Shown here in pieces: positions 54,574-64,000 of a DNA stretch of 64,000 nt. Position 1 is the stretch's first letter. Every line of letters starts with the position of its first letter. The notes beneath the pieces are model-generated. The model was not told the origin of the DNA. It saw nothing but the letters and a program-made list of their open reading frames with translations, and did not search any database. The stretch spans positions 16,368,001 to 16,432,000 of the forward strand of contig CP075493.1 in assembly GCA_021613535.1 (NCBI GenBank). Direction: 5' to 3'. The position numbers were made by a program, and so were the translations under genes. This stretch comes from Adineta vaga. Its lineage: Eukaryota > Animalia > Rotifera.

Positions 54574-55445
54574 TTAATTTCGATTGATAAAAATTTTTTG
54601 TACTCGATTATTTTCACAATCGACAACATAAAGATTACCTTCTCTGTCAAATGATAAACCTTTGGGACATTTGAGTTGGTTTAGTCCTGCGCTGCTTCCA
54701 TTTCCACTAACAATAATATTACCTTCTTGACCTCCTTTCGGCCAACAAACTATTCGATCATTTCTGGAGTCAGCCACATAAACATTACCCACATGATCGA
54801 CAGCTACACCTTCAGGATTCCACAATTGTCTTAAACCATCTCCTCTACCTTGTCCACCAGCAACCACAATTCCTTCTTTTGCACCCTTTACCCATTTCAT
54901 CACACGATGATTGTCATGATCTGACACATAGACTGAATAATCTTGATCAACGAAGATAAAATTAGGAGTACTCAATAAATTGAGATAATATCCTCTTCCA
55001 TCTCCACCTGCTATAATTGTTCCATGTAGATCTCCTCTCGCCCATCGTCTCACTTCATTCTTCCTACCGTCAACGACATAAAGACTTCCATTGTCATCCA
55101 TGGTTAGACCAATACAGCGAACTTCAGAGATAATTATTTGTCCATTTTTGCCATTTTGACGAGCCCATCGTACAACTCGTTTGTTTCCACAATCACAAAT
55201 GATCAGCGAATCAAGCTCTTTATCAACAATTACATCTGTTGGATGGTTCAATTGATCACTTCGATTCCCTTTTCCATTACCACCAGCAACAAGTTGACCA
55301 TTCTTTGCATTACGATTCCACTTAACAATACGATGATTATAATAGTCAGCAACATATATACATTGATCGTCATCATCAACATAGATACCATGAGGATGGG
55401 AGAGCTGATTTAGTCGATGGCCTTGTCGATTTCCTCCAGCAATTG
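54574..55445 (-). CDS. NHL-repeat beta-propeller protein, last exon (5' exons not found)
   Basis: Six repeats of the type QLxxPxGxxVD...YVAD..NHRI. Confidence 0.85.
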
Positions 55446-56287
55446 TTTCTAGATACACAAAATATTGAGTTTAAAATAACATGTTTCGTGTATGGAAATC
55501 TGATCTATAGACTGACTCAAACATAAAAGTTGTGATCACTATGTGGAGGATTCCCAGAAAGGCAAGTAAACGATGAAAACGGTGCTAAGCGCGTTTATAT
55601 TTAAGTTTTTAAAATCTTTTTTGACAGAGCCGAAAAACACCTTAATTAAGGTTTAGAAACGGAATTTTTTTACTGCCTTCTCGTCGAATTATGATGCAAA
55701 CAAAAGAAACGCATATACATTGATGAATGCAACAAGAGCGAGTAAGTGCCATAGTTACTAAATCTTCACCTATATTAGAAGACCTCCAACTTGGATCACG
55801 CAAAAGCGTCGAAAGTTTCAAAAATGGTCTTCTTATATGGAGCAGACTATTTTCTTACAAGATATCTTCTAATATGCGGAAGGATTTAGTCTTTAGCCGT
55901 CAGGGATTGAGTTTGATAAAAATATATCGGATCGTTCGAAATCGCGTATTTGTGCGGTTTTATGTACCGATGAATTCTTCTGATAAATCACGATCTGAGA
56001 ACGCCACAAAGTGTGGAAGTGTGTCGAATCGTACCATCTCGCGCTTATTCCGAACTCCTCTTTCGAATGTCGTTCACCTCCAACTGGATGCAACCCTAAA
56101 TCTAATCTATACATGAACAATGCGAAACGACTGGGTCGATACGCGTGAAACTCATAAAACAAATATTACATGTTCGCATCCTAGAAGAGGGAGCGACTGT
56201 GAAGGTTGCCGTTACATCTCTGCCAATAGGAGTGTGGTCATATATATCATAATGTAAGGCCTACAGTAGCATTTTTATAGAATTCAA

Positions 56288-58000
56288 TCAAAAACCTTGT
56301 TGCGTTATTGCTACGATCGGAGGTGGGATGTTTGGTGAAGTTTCATTTTCCAAACGCTGATAGTCCTCGCGGTCAATATCGTATTTCTTGCTTTGTTGCA
56401 GTTCACTTGAAGTTGGTCGCAAATCTGCATCATGAACGATTAGTCGACGAATCAACCGTCCATACTAAAATGCAAAATGAAGAAAACACTCATCATATAC
56501 AACGAGCGACATTTGACATACCGCTGTTTTGTTATTGTTTTTCATGTCAAAATCGTCTGGTAGTTTTAAGTCGGTGTTTCTCGCATTTTCCAAGACCTGA
56601 ACACAAGGAGAAATATTCACCAATTAGAAAATAAGAAACCATTATTTTACTCTTTCTCGTTCTCGTAAGGTCTTGAAAGGATAAAGCAATTCTAATAAAA
56701 TCAAGCCCATAGCATAAATATCAACTTTCTGTGTTGGTTGCTTGTTGTCTTTTTGTTCTGGACTAATGTATTTGGCAGTTCCATGCGCTGGAACCGTAGT
56801 ACTGTACTGATCTGTTCGATGATGATGAGACTCCGCAAGACTTTCTTGTGGTATCATAAGATGATGACTCTGTTCATACAAATTATGTTCGTCTTCGTCA
56901 TCAGTTCTTATAATCTGCTTTGTCAAACCGAAATCCCCAATTTTAACCGTGTTAGCAGATAAAGAAAAAAATATGTTGGCTGGTTTCAAATCACGATGAA
57001 TCTATTGAAATTGGATAATTTCTCGGTTGTGTTTCGTGTCAAACAAAGAAAAGATTTACCAGTTTGTGTTCATGTTGATGGATATACGTCATACCATTGA
57101 CAATCTGGTAAAAGATCTTCAGTCCTTCAAGACGATCTCTGATATATTCTGAGCGATTTTCAGGTAACAAACGATGGTATAAAGTATGATGATGACATAG
57201 TTCTACAGCAATATACAGATATTCCTTTGTTTGTACAAAGTCTTCTGTTGTTCCCGTAGATGAATCAGTTGAATTACAGGACACTTTTGAAGCTGATGCA
57301 TTTTCGGTGTCACTCGAAACGGTTTTCTCGAACAACACGTCATTGTTTCGATTTCTGTTATGGCTTGATGATATTTGATCATCTGTATTACTATCATCGG
57401 TATTCGAGTCAATGAATGTAAAACAACTATTTGACTCGTTAGAAAAATGTTCAACTTTCCTATTTTCTTTCCGTCCTTCATGTATCTTCATATCATTTAT
57501 TTCAGATTGTAGACTATCGAAAGACACATCTTCTTCATTTTCATTACTTAATTCGTATTGTGACGATGAACTATGCTCATTATTATTTCTACATAAAATG
57601 CGAAGATGTCGATCGAGATTGTAATCCAGAGAGTGACGCTCGAACCAGGCAGTGTAGTATCTCACGACATTGTCATGTGACAAATTGACCAAAATGCGAA
57701 CTTCTTTCACAGCAGTTTCTTTTTTGTTTCTAACATTGATATCGAGTAGGAAAAACATCTCGCATAAAATGATAGCTGACTTACGATTTCAAGTCTATAC
57801 GTTTGATGGCGCAGCGTCTTTCGTCGCATATATGTATTGCTTGGTATACTTTTCCAAAACCACCTTTATCAATATATTGTATATCTTTATAATCTTCCCA
57901 TAGCCTAAAATCAATACAAAAAATATATTAAGGCCGGTAACAAAGACGACATCGATTACCGGCTTGATTCAATATTGTTGTGGTTTCCTGCCTGTGCCAT
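56288..58000 (-). CDS. eIF2-alpha kinase-family protein kinase, 6 exons
   Basis: SRLWEDY...KGGFGKV, AIKRI, EVRILVNLSHDNVVRYYTAWFE, long acidic/Ser insert, YLYIAVELC, HRDLKPAN, KIGDFGL, GTAKYISPEQ, KVDIYAMG. Confidence 0.9.
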
Positions 58001-58257
58001 GACTTCCAACAAAAACTAATATGAATTTATTTTATTACAGGTAAATTTCTCTTGCTGAATTATCTTGAAGAAAGTCCAGCCGAAACATATTAGTTTTAAA
58101 ACTTGTTTGCTTGTAACATTAATTTCTTAGATAGTACAAAAGCTCTCGGTTGTTAACGCTCTTGATTATAGGCTTGGACCGAACATGAACTCAGGTTCGG
58201 ATACTGCCTAACGAACTAAGAGAGTGTCGAGCATCTAAGGAGTTCTGCAAGCATTTC

Positions 58258-58440
58258 TGAGGGTATGGGTGGGTGTGAGCGGGTGAATAAGAGTTAACTA
58301 TGATTCTGACCCACATTCTGAGTCCTTAGCATCATCACTATGACGAATGGACGCAGTTACATACACTATTTCAACGTGATGACTGTTGTTTTATCTAGTG
58401 GGTGGGTGCCGCTCACCCTACATTTTCTTTCACCCATCCT
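58258..58440. repeat. Two degenerate telomere-like hairpins
   Basis: TGAGGGTATGGGTGGGTGTGAG...ACCCACA; GTGGGTGGGTG...CACCC. Confidence 0.5.
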
Positions 58441-58697
58441 AAAATATAAAGTTCGTAAATAAAAAAATTGATATTTTTCGGATTGCATCTTCAATAGAAG
58501 AAAAATTGTAATTATGTTGTAAAAAAATTAATTAAGTTTTGTGTAACTTATTATAGAAGAAAAAGTTTTTTAGGTAGTAGCCCATCCTAAAACTCCAGCC
58601 GCCTACCCGAAGAATGTAACCTAGGTATAACAATGGTAATGACACTTATGATATTTTCTTTGATAAATTTAAATTCATATATGAGCCTTACCAACGA

Positions 58698-59055
58698 CAT
58701 TATAAAAAGAGTGGAGAATAATAAACCCTGATTTTCCGTTCGTAGCTATTTCATAAAACTTTTTTTCGTGCGTTGCAAATTCATATACCCTTTTACCGTT
58801 TTTAGTGCTCAGAAATCCTTTTTGAGTGTATGGACGAAATAAATCTTCGGGAAAAGGGTTTATCATTATACGCTTTAAACACATTCGTAGAATAATAGAA
58901 TCTTTGCCCGAGAGTTTATTCCGTTCATATAGTCAAAAAGGGTTTATGAGTACTTCAAATTGTACAAAGGTATATGAATTTGCAACGTGTGAGAAACCCT
59001 TATCGTAAGGTTTATGAAAAGAAGGGTTTATTATGCTCCACTTTTTTTTACAGTG
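58698..59055. mobile_element. Fold-back MITE
   Basis: CATTATAAAAAGAGTGGAGAATAATAAACCCT vs right-end reverse complement CACTGTAAAAAAAAGTGGAGCATAATAAACCCT; arms align internally (TTGCAAATTCATATACC). Confidence 0.82.
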
Positions 59056-60272
59056 TACGAGAACCTGAATTACTCAGCCTGCTCATTCATTGGAAGTCTT
59101 TGAAATACTAGCGTCAAATGTTCGTTCATTTTTTGTTTAATCTAGGATCATTAGGTAGTACAGATCGACACGTTTCTAATTTCTGGTATTATAAGATGAC
59201 TTTGTCTATTGTGCGAACACCCAGCCCAATCGCTCAAAGCTTTAAAAGAATTAGAGACTATCTTTATGACAAATACGTGTAGTATTCAGAAAAGATGAAA
59301 TGTCGTTGATCCTAATTGGAAATAGTCTAATACCTTATAGTTTCAATCGCGTCACACATTCAAGGCTTCGAGTTTGCCGACGGTACAATGCTGTATCAAA
59401 TGAGCAGCGAGAGAAGGCACACGACAACACCTCCCTTCATGTTCATCGAATGATCTAAACCACTACTCAAACGCATAATTTTTCGTCATGGACATGCCTC
59501 ATTTGTCCAAAGTCGAAGTGACTATGCGTTCCTACTTTCGCCAATTTTGAATTAGGAGCAAAGAACTTTATCTTTTCTCTTTTGTTAATATGCACTCACA
59601 GTAAAATGTTTCGGTTTTTTCTAAAATTATTTTCGAATTGATAGTGAACTCGAGTTAGACAATTTATGTCAAGAATATAGAAGACAACTCTTAGGACAGT
59701 CAGTTTTGCTACACATCGACTAATTCAAAAATGGCGATTATCACGGATATCTTGATATATGTCGATCTCCTCAAAACGAAGGCACCATTTTAGAAAGGTG
59801 AGCTCGAATAAATATTCAATAAGAACCTTCGGTATCAAAATTTCAACCCTTTATGAAATACAGACTTTAAGCAGTATACGGTTGCAAACCATCCAAATGT
59901 GTATTACTTCTCGTACTAAATATTAATTGTGTTGTTAGAACCCTGAGAAATAAGTTCTATTTCTTCAAAACAGCACAATTTTTTGATCGACTAATGTAGA
60001 TACTAAGATAGTAGCGTGTCGTCGCAAAGACAAATTTATGTTATCGATTCGCGTCATTCAAATGTTTCAAAAATTTGAGTAAAAAAGGATTACATTTTTC
60101 TTTTAACATCACTCACCTGCTCGAGCGAAGAAAAAAATGAAATAAATGTGCGTTAACTCGTTGTTATAAAGGAATGAAAAGCCAATACGAGTTATTTGGA
60201 TTTTTTCCCTTTGAAAACAAATCGATGTTGTTCATTTTTCAACAACACCTTTTAGTGAGAAAAAATGATCTT

Positions 60273-60334
60273 CAGGGTGTGGGTGAAGGTGTGGGTGTGA
60301 TTATTCCTCTCTCTCTATTCCATCCACACCCTCA
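60273..60334. repeat. Telomere-like hairpin element
   Basis: AGGGTGTGGGTGAAGGTGTGGGTGTG ... CCACACCCTCA. Confidence 0.8.
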
Positions 60335-60598
60335 TTTTTAGTCATAGAACGTATTTAGCGTCTTTTTCCTGCCACACAGCGATCAAATCGAAATAATTTA
60401 TATATATATTCGTGATCAGCGTTTTATTCTCTATCAAATCGTATATAAAAGAACGAGAGGAAAAAAATCCACTGTAATTTTGCATTTCCCGCACCTTACC
60501 ACATTTAAAAAGCACTATTAGTCATATTCCACTTATCATAATACAAGATAAGAATTTTCTTATTATGAGATTCATTTTTCATCAGAAAAATTTTCAAC

Positions 60599-62551
60599 AT
60601 GGAGACTACAACAACAACAACATGGCTTGATTATTTTCCAGCAGAAATTATTTTTATCATATTCGATTATTTAACTTCAAATGATATTATTTATAAATTC
60701 TTTTTCTTCAATCAACGATTCAATAATTTATTATTAGAAACTCAACATTGTTTAAATTATTTCGAATTACCAACAGTTGATTTAAATAAATGGAAAAATA
60801 TTCTTTCAATAATTGGATCTCAAGTTAAATTATTAAATATAACATCAACTGATTTATCATTTCCATTGGAATATTTTTCAAATCTAAAATCTTTAATAAT
60901 TTCATCACCACTTAATAATGCAAGTGTTGATTTAATTAATATTATAAAAAGTAAACAGTTTCCAAATTTACATTCATTCAAAATAAAGAAACACAATTAT
61001 TTTTATCCTGAATATGAAGGAATTTATAATAATGAAGCACCCAACATATTAGAAGAAATACTTAGTCATGAAAATTCACTGAGAATATTTCATTGTTCAT
61101 TAATGACACAACCCACCCTCACAAATTCTTTCAAGATAAATATAAATTTACATTCATTAACAATAAAATTAAAATATTTTGAGCATTTGCTTCCAGTACT
61201 ATCATATACACCAAATTTAGAACATTTAAATGTCCATACATATCTATTTGATGAAAACATTTCGAATCATTTATTAAATAAATCTATGGTAAAATTGAAA
61301 CAATTTTATTTAAAATTAGGTTTTCATGATCGATCAGAAATGTCACTCAGTATTCGTTACAGTTTGACCATTAATATAATATTCCTTGTTATACAACAAC
61401 TTTCACCATCAATAAACTGTTTATCTATTGATTTAATTGATACAGGTTCGGGAAAAATAGGGTTAAGTCCATTTACAAGCGCAACACTTCAACAATTGTT
61501 AGAATCAATGGTGGAATTAAAAAAATTTCATTTCTACAGTCAAATTCGTTTTTCTCAAAAAGAAAGTATTTTATTAGAATATCAAAATCAATATTGGTTT
61601 GATCATAATTTATATTTTGGAACACATGATGGTTATTTTTATACATTACCATTTCATTTTGATAATCTTTATTTTTTTCCAAATAATTTTGATGATATTA
61701 AAACAACTAATGATGATATTCTGCTTAACAATCCTCGATTATATTATAATGTTAAATATATTGATTTAGTGTTGATATACAATAACAAAGATTTTATTCA
61801 ACAACTGAATACAAAAATGCCTAAACTGACTTTTCTTACATTTCGTACACGTGTACTTACATCTAATACCGAACAACCGAAAATAAATTTAACTCAAACA
61901 AAAGAAATTGGTTTAACATTAAATAATATAACTACCATTGAGATATATCGTGGATCAATTGAAAACGAAATTGAATGGACAATTAATATATTACCTAATT
62001 TGAATCGTTTGATTTTATCAGATTTGAAAGAATATTCAATACATAATTCATTAGGTGAAATATTAAATAAAAAAATTCAATATTTGCATATTGATTTACA
62101 TGATAATAATCAATTCATAGAAATAAATAGTATTTATTTCTCAAATGTTCAATATATGAAGATTTGGTTTAACTATGATAACAAACGACAAACAAACGAT
62201 CGGGGATGTAACCAGAAATTTTCGAGCAATGGACAAAGCTTGGACAAAGCGCCTTTTTTAAAAGATTCTGCTGGAAAAATACTATCCTCAAAGATTTTCA
62301 ATCTGCAATTGCATATTTGCCCCTCTTCTGGCTGCGATACTGCAAACGATGAAATAATCGCGAGAAAAACATTCATAAAATTTCCAAATCTTAAACAATT
62401 AATGGTGGGTTCTATGGATAGACTTAATTCGTATGAATGTAAAATAAAATTATTTATTGAATATAAACGCAACGATCATACTGTACAAATCTATAAATTT
62501 CAATATTCTGATGGATATTCTTTATTTATCAAAAAATTATTAGAAACTTAA
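60599..62551 (+). CDS. F-box / degenerate LRR protein, intronless
   Basis: LDYFPAEIIFIIFDYL F-box; LxxL repeats; YFYTLPFHF motif. Confidence 0.85.
   Translation: METTTTTTWLDYFPAEIIFIIFDYLTSNDIIYKFFFFNQRFNNLLLETQHCLNYFELPTVDLNKWKNILSIIGSQVKLLNITSTDLSFPLEYFSNLKSLIISSPLNNASVDLINIIKSKQFPNLHSFKIKKHNYFYPEYEGIYNNEAPNILEEILSHENSLRIFHCSLMTQPTLTNSFKININLHSLTIKLKYFEHLLPVLSYTPNLEHLNVHTYLFDENISNHLLNKSMVKLKQFYLKLGFHDRSEMSLSIRYSLTINIIFLVIQQLSPSINCLSIDLIDTGSGKIGLSPFTSATLQQLLESMVELKKFHFYSQIRFSQKESILLEYQNQYWFDHNLYFGTHDGYFYTLPFHFDNLYFFPNNFDDIKTTNDDILLNNPRLYYNVKYIDLVLIYNNKDFIQQLNTKMPKLTFLTFRTRVLTSNTEQPKINLTQTKEIGLTLNNITTIEIYRGSIENEIEWTINILPNLNRLILSDLKEYSIHNSLGEILNKKIQYLHIDLHDNNQFIEINSIYFSNVQYMKIWFNYDNKRQTNDRGCNQKFSSNGQSLDKAPFLKDSAGKILSSKIFNLQLHICPSSGCDTANDEIIARKTFIKFPNLKQLMVGSMDRLNSYECKIKLFIEYKRNDHTVQIYKFQYSDGYSLFIKKLLET
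62201..62342. mobile_element. hAT MITE inserted in frame within the F-box CDS
   Basis: Perfect 8-bp TSD CAAACGAT (62193-62200 / 62343-62350); imperfect TIRs CGGGGATGTAACCAGAA / TTCTGGCTGCGATACTG. Confidence 0.85.
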
Positions 62552-62858
62552 TTTTTTATGTTGATTAAACTGATTTTGAAGCGGCAATAAAATGATCATT
62601 TAATACTGCAAATTTTCCTGTATAGGCCACCCTAAGCGAATATCTCGTACCCAAAATCTTAACCATCGAAGCTCGCTCACGAAAGATCATAAGTGCTTTT
62701 GATGTAAAGTTTCGCGCTGAATCCGAATCTAGACTTAGACTTTTAAGAGGTCGATATTAATTAGAAAAATATTGCAGATCATCTTTCTTATCAGCCTCCC
62801 TATGTGAACATTTTTCGGGTCAACACGCGTGTCGAACGCGTCTGAATCGAAGCAACTG

Positions 62859-62922
62859 AGCGGGTGTGGGTGTAGATAAATAATCGGCTGTCACCCTAAC
62901 TCCGCTCCACCCATACCCTCAA
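62859..62922. repeat. Telomere-like hairpin element
   Basis: GGGTGTGGGTGTAG ... CACCCATACCCTCAA. Confidence 0.75.
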
Positions 62923-63216
62923 ATATAAAATACATTTTTATGTGTAAAATAGGTGGAAATAAATAATAATATCGTGAGTTTAATTTATATGAATCAATCC
63001 ACTATTGTTGGAAAGAATTTTATCATTGAAGAAAAAAAAAACGATAATCTTTTCATTAAAACTTGAAATAAACAAAAGATAACAATCTTTTTTTTTCTCA
63101 GTCGTCGAACTATTATCTCTTCAAAAAAAAATGTGAATACTGATAATAGTAAATAAAACTCTGACTATATAAACTCATTGTTTTCTGTCATTTGACAATA
63201 TATTATTAAAGAAAAC

Positions 63217-64000
63217 ATGATGTATTCAACGAACACTAAACAGTTTTCTGGAACAACAAATAATTCTCGTGGTACTTCTTCTGCAAAAGTTCTTGATTAT
63301 ATTCCTGTTACTAACAAAGCTTTGGCAACGATTCTTGGAGGTTTAAAACTTTACAATGTAATTGAAAATGATAAAATTTCCGATAAATATCAAACAACAT
63401 CATCTCCATATGATATTGTTATACGAATTAATAATTTATTTGATTTAAGAACACAAGGATGGGAAATCTTATTAGGTGAACATACAAAACATGTCAAACC
63501 AATAAAAAAAACAGTAGAAAATACTGCTTCACCGATCACTGATCAAAAGGAAGGTGTTATTGTTAGTGTTCTTGGTGCATATAATCGAGGGAAATCATTT
63601 CTTCTCAATCAATTATGTAATATTTCTCTTCCAACTGGAAATTTAATTCATACTGAAGGAATATCCATCACTGCTGGAAGACATAATTATACAAATATCG
63701 TTTTTCTTGATACTGCAGGTACTGATACACCAGTGAAAAATGACGAAATCGAATATAAAAGAGCAAAAGAAGCACTTTTAAGAGAAGTCGTTCTTCATCT
63801 ATCATCGTTTATTATCATTGTTGTCAATCGATTACGAACAACTGATCAAATTTATATTCATCAAGTATTAAAATATTGTCGAACTTTATCAGTTAAAAAA
63901 ACAATTTTGATTGTACATAATTTATTAGATGTTGAGAAACTTCAAGATATTGATCGTATTATTAATGACGAGATCAAATTAATTTTTGGAGCAATGGAAC
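63217..64000 (+). CDS. GBP/atlastin-like P-loop GTPase (runs off right edge; absent from ORF track)
   Basis: Open frame from ATG 63217: G1 GAYNRGKS, G2 HTEG, G3 DTAG, then IVVNRL and IVHNL. Confidence 0.8.
   Translation, partial: MMYSTNTKQFSGTTNNSRGTSSAKVLDYIPVTNKALATILGGLKLYNVIENDKISDKYQTTSSPYDIVIRINNLFDLRTQGWEILLGEHTKHVKPIKKTVENTASPITDQKEGVIVSVLGAYNRGKSFLLNQLCNISLPTGNLIHTEGISITAGRHNYTNIVFLDTAGTDTPVKNDEIEYKRAKEALLREVVLHLSSFIIIVVNRLRTTDQIYIHQVLKYCRTLSVKKTILIVHNLLDVEKLQDIDRIINDEIKLIFGAME

Noticed and set aside
55460-56270. Probable non-autonomous DNA transposon between NHL and kinase genes (similar stretches at 27800-28200, 36680-37060, 59620-60000, 62620-62850)
   Set aside because: TE-like composition, but paired TIRs and TSDs could not be defined
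4674-62922. CRISPR-like reading of telomeric repeats with variable spacers
   Set aside because: Repeats are inverted and dispersed, not a tandem direct array; eukaryotic context; no cas genes

Overview
AT-rich eukaryotic genomic DNA with short (~50-60 nt) GT-AG introns. The gene repertoire points to a bdelloid rotifer (Adineta/Rotaria/Philodina-like); this is inferred from gene families and telomere-like motifs, not a database search. Apparently intact genes: GNAT acetyltransferase, YakC-like aldo-keto reductase, a 1213-aa membrane protein made of three Cys-rich 2TM repeats, TRAF, PAN/apple, kelch, pseudo-ART-TPR, kinase-only eIF2-alpha kinase, F-box/LRR and a GBP/atlastin-like GTPase. They are mixed with many truncated genes (major vault protein, nuclear receptor, HAD, TLC, LRR, F-box, sulfotransferase-like) and DNA-transposon debris (hAT, Tc1/mariner, several MITEs with clear TIRs/TSDs). 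The most striking non-coding structure has three parts. (i) About 15-18 dispersed elements of telomere-like TGTGGG/TGAGGG repeats, mostly as TTGAGGG-G-arm/loop/C-arm-CCCTCAA hairpins, some sharing homologous loops. (ii) Two intact type I hammerhead ribozymes, each followed by a C-strand telomeric motif and adjoining a truncated gene or transposase. (iii) A 791-bp duplication with a degenerate hammerhead whose second copy is capped by telomeric repeats. Together these suggest telomere-primed (Athena/Terminon-type) patching of internal chromosome breaks. A 142-bp hAT MITE sits in frame inside the F-box gene.
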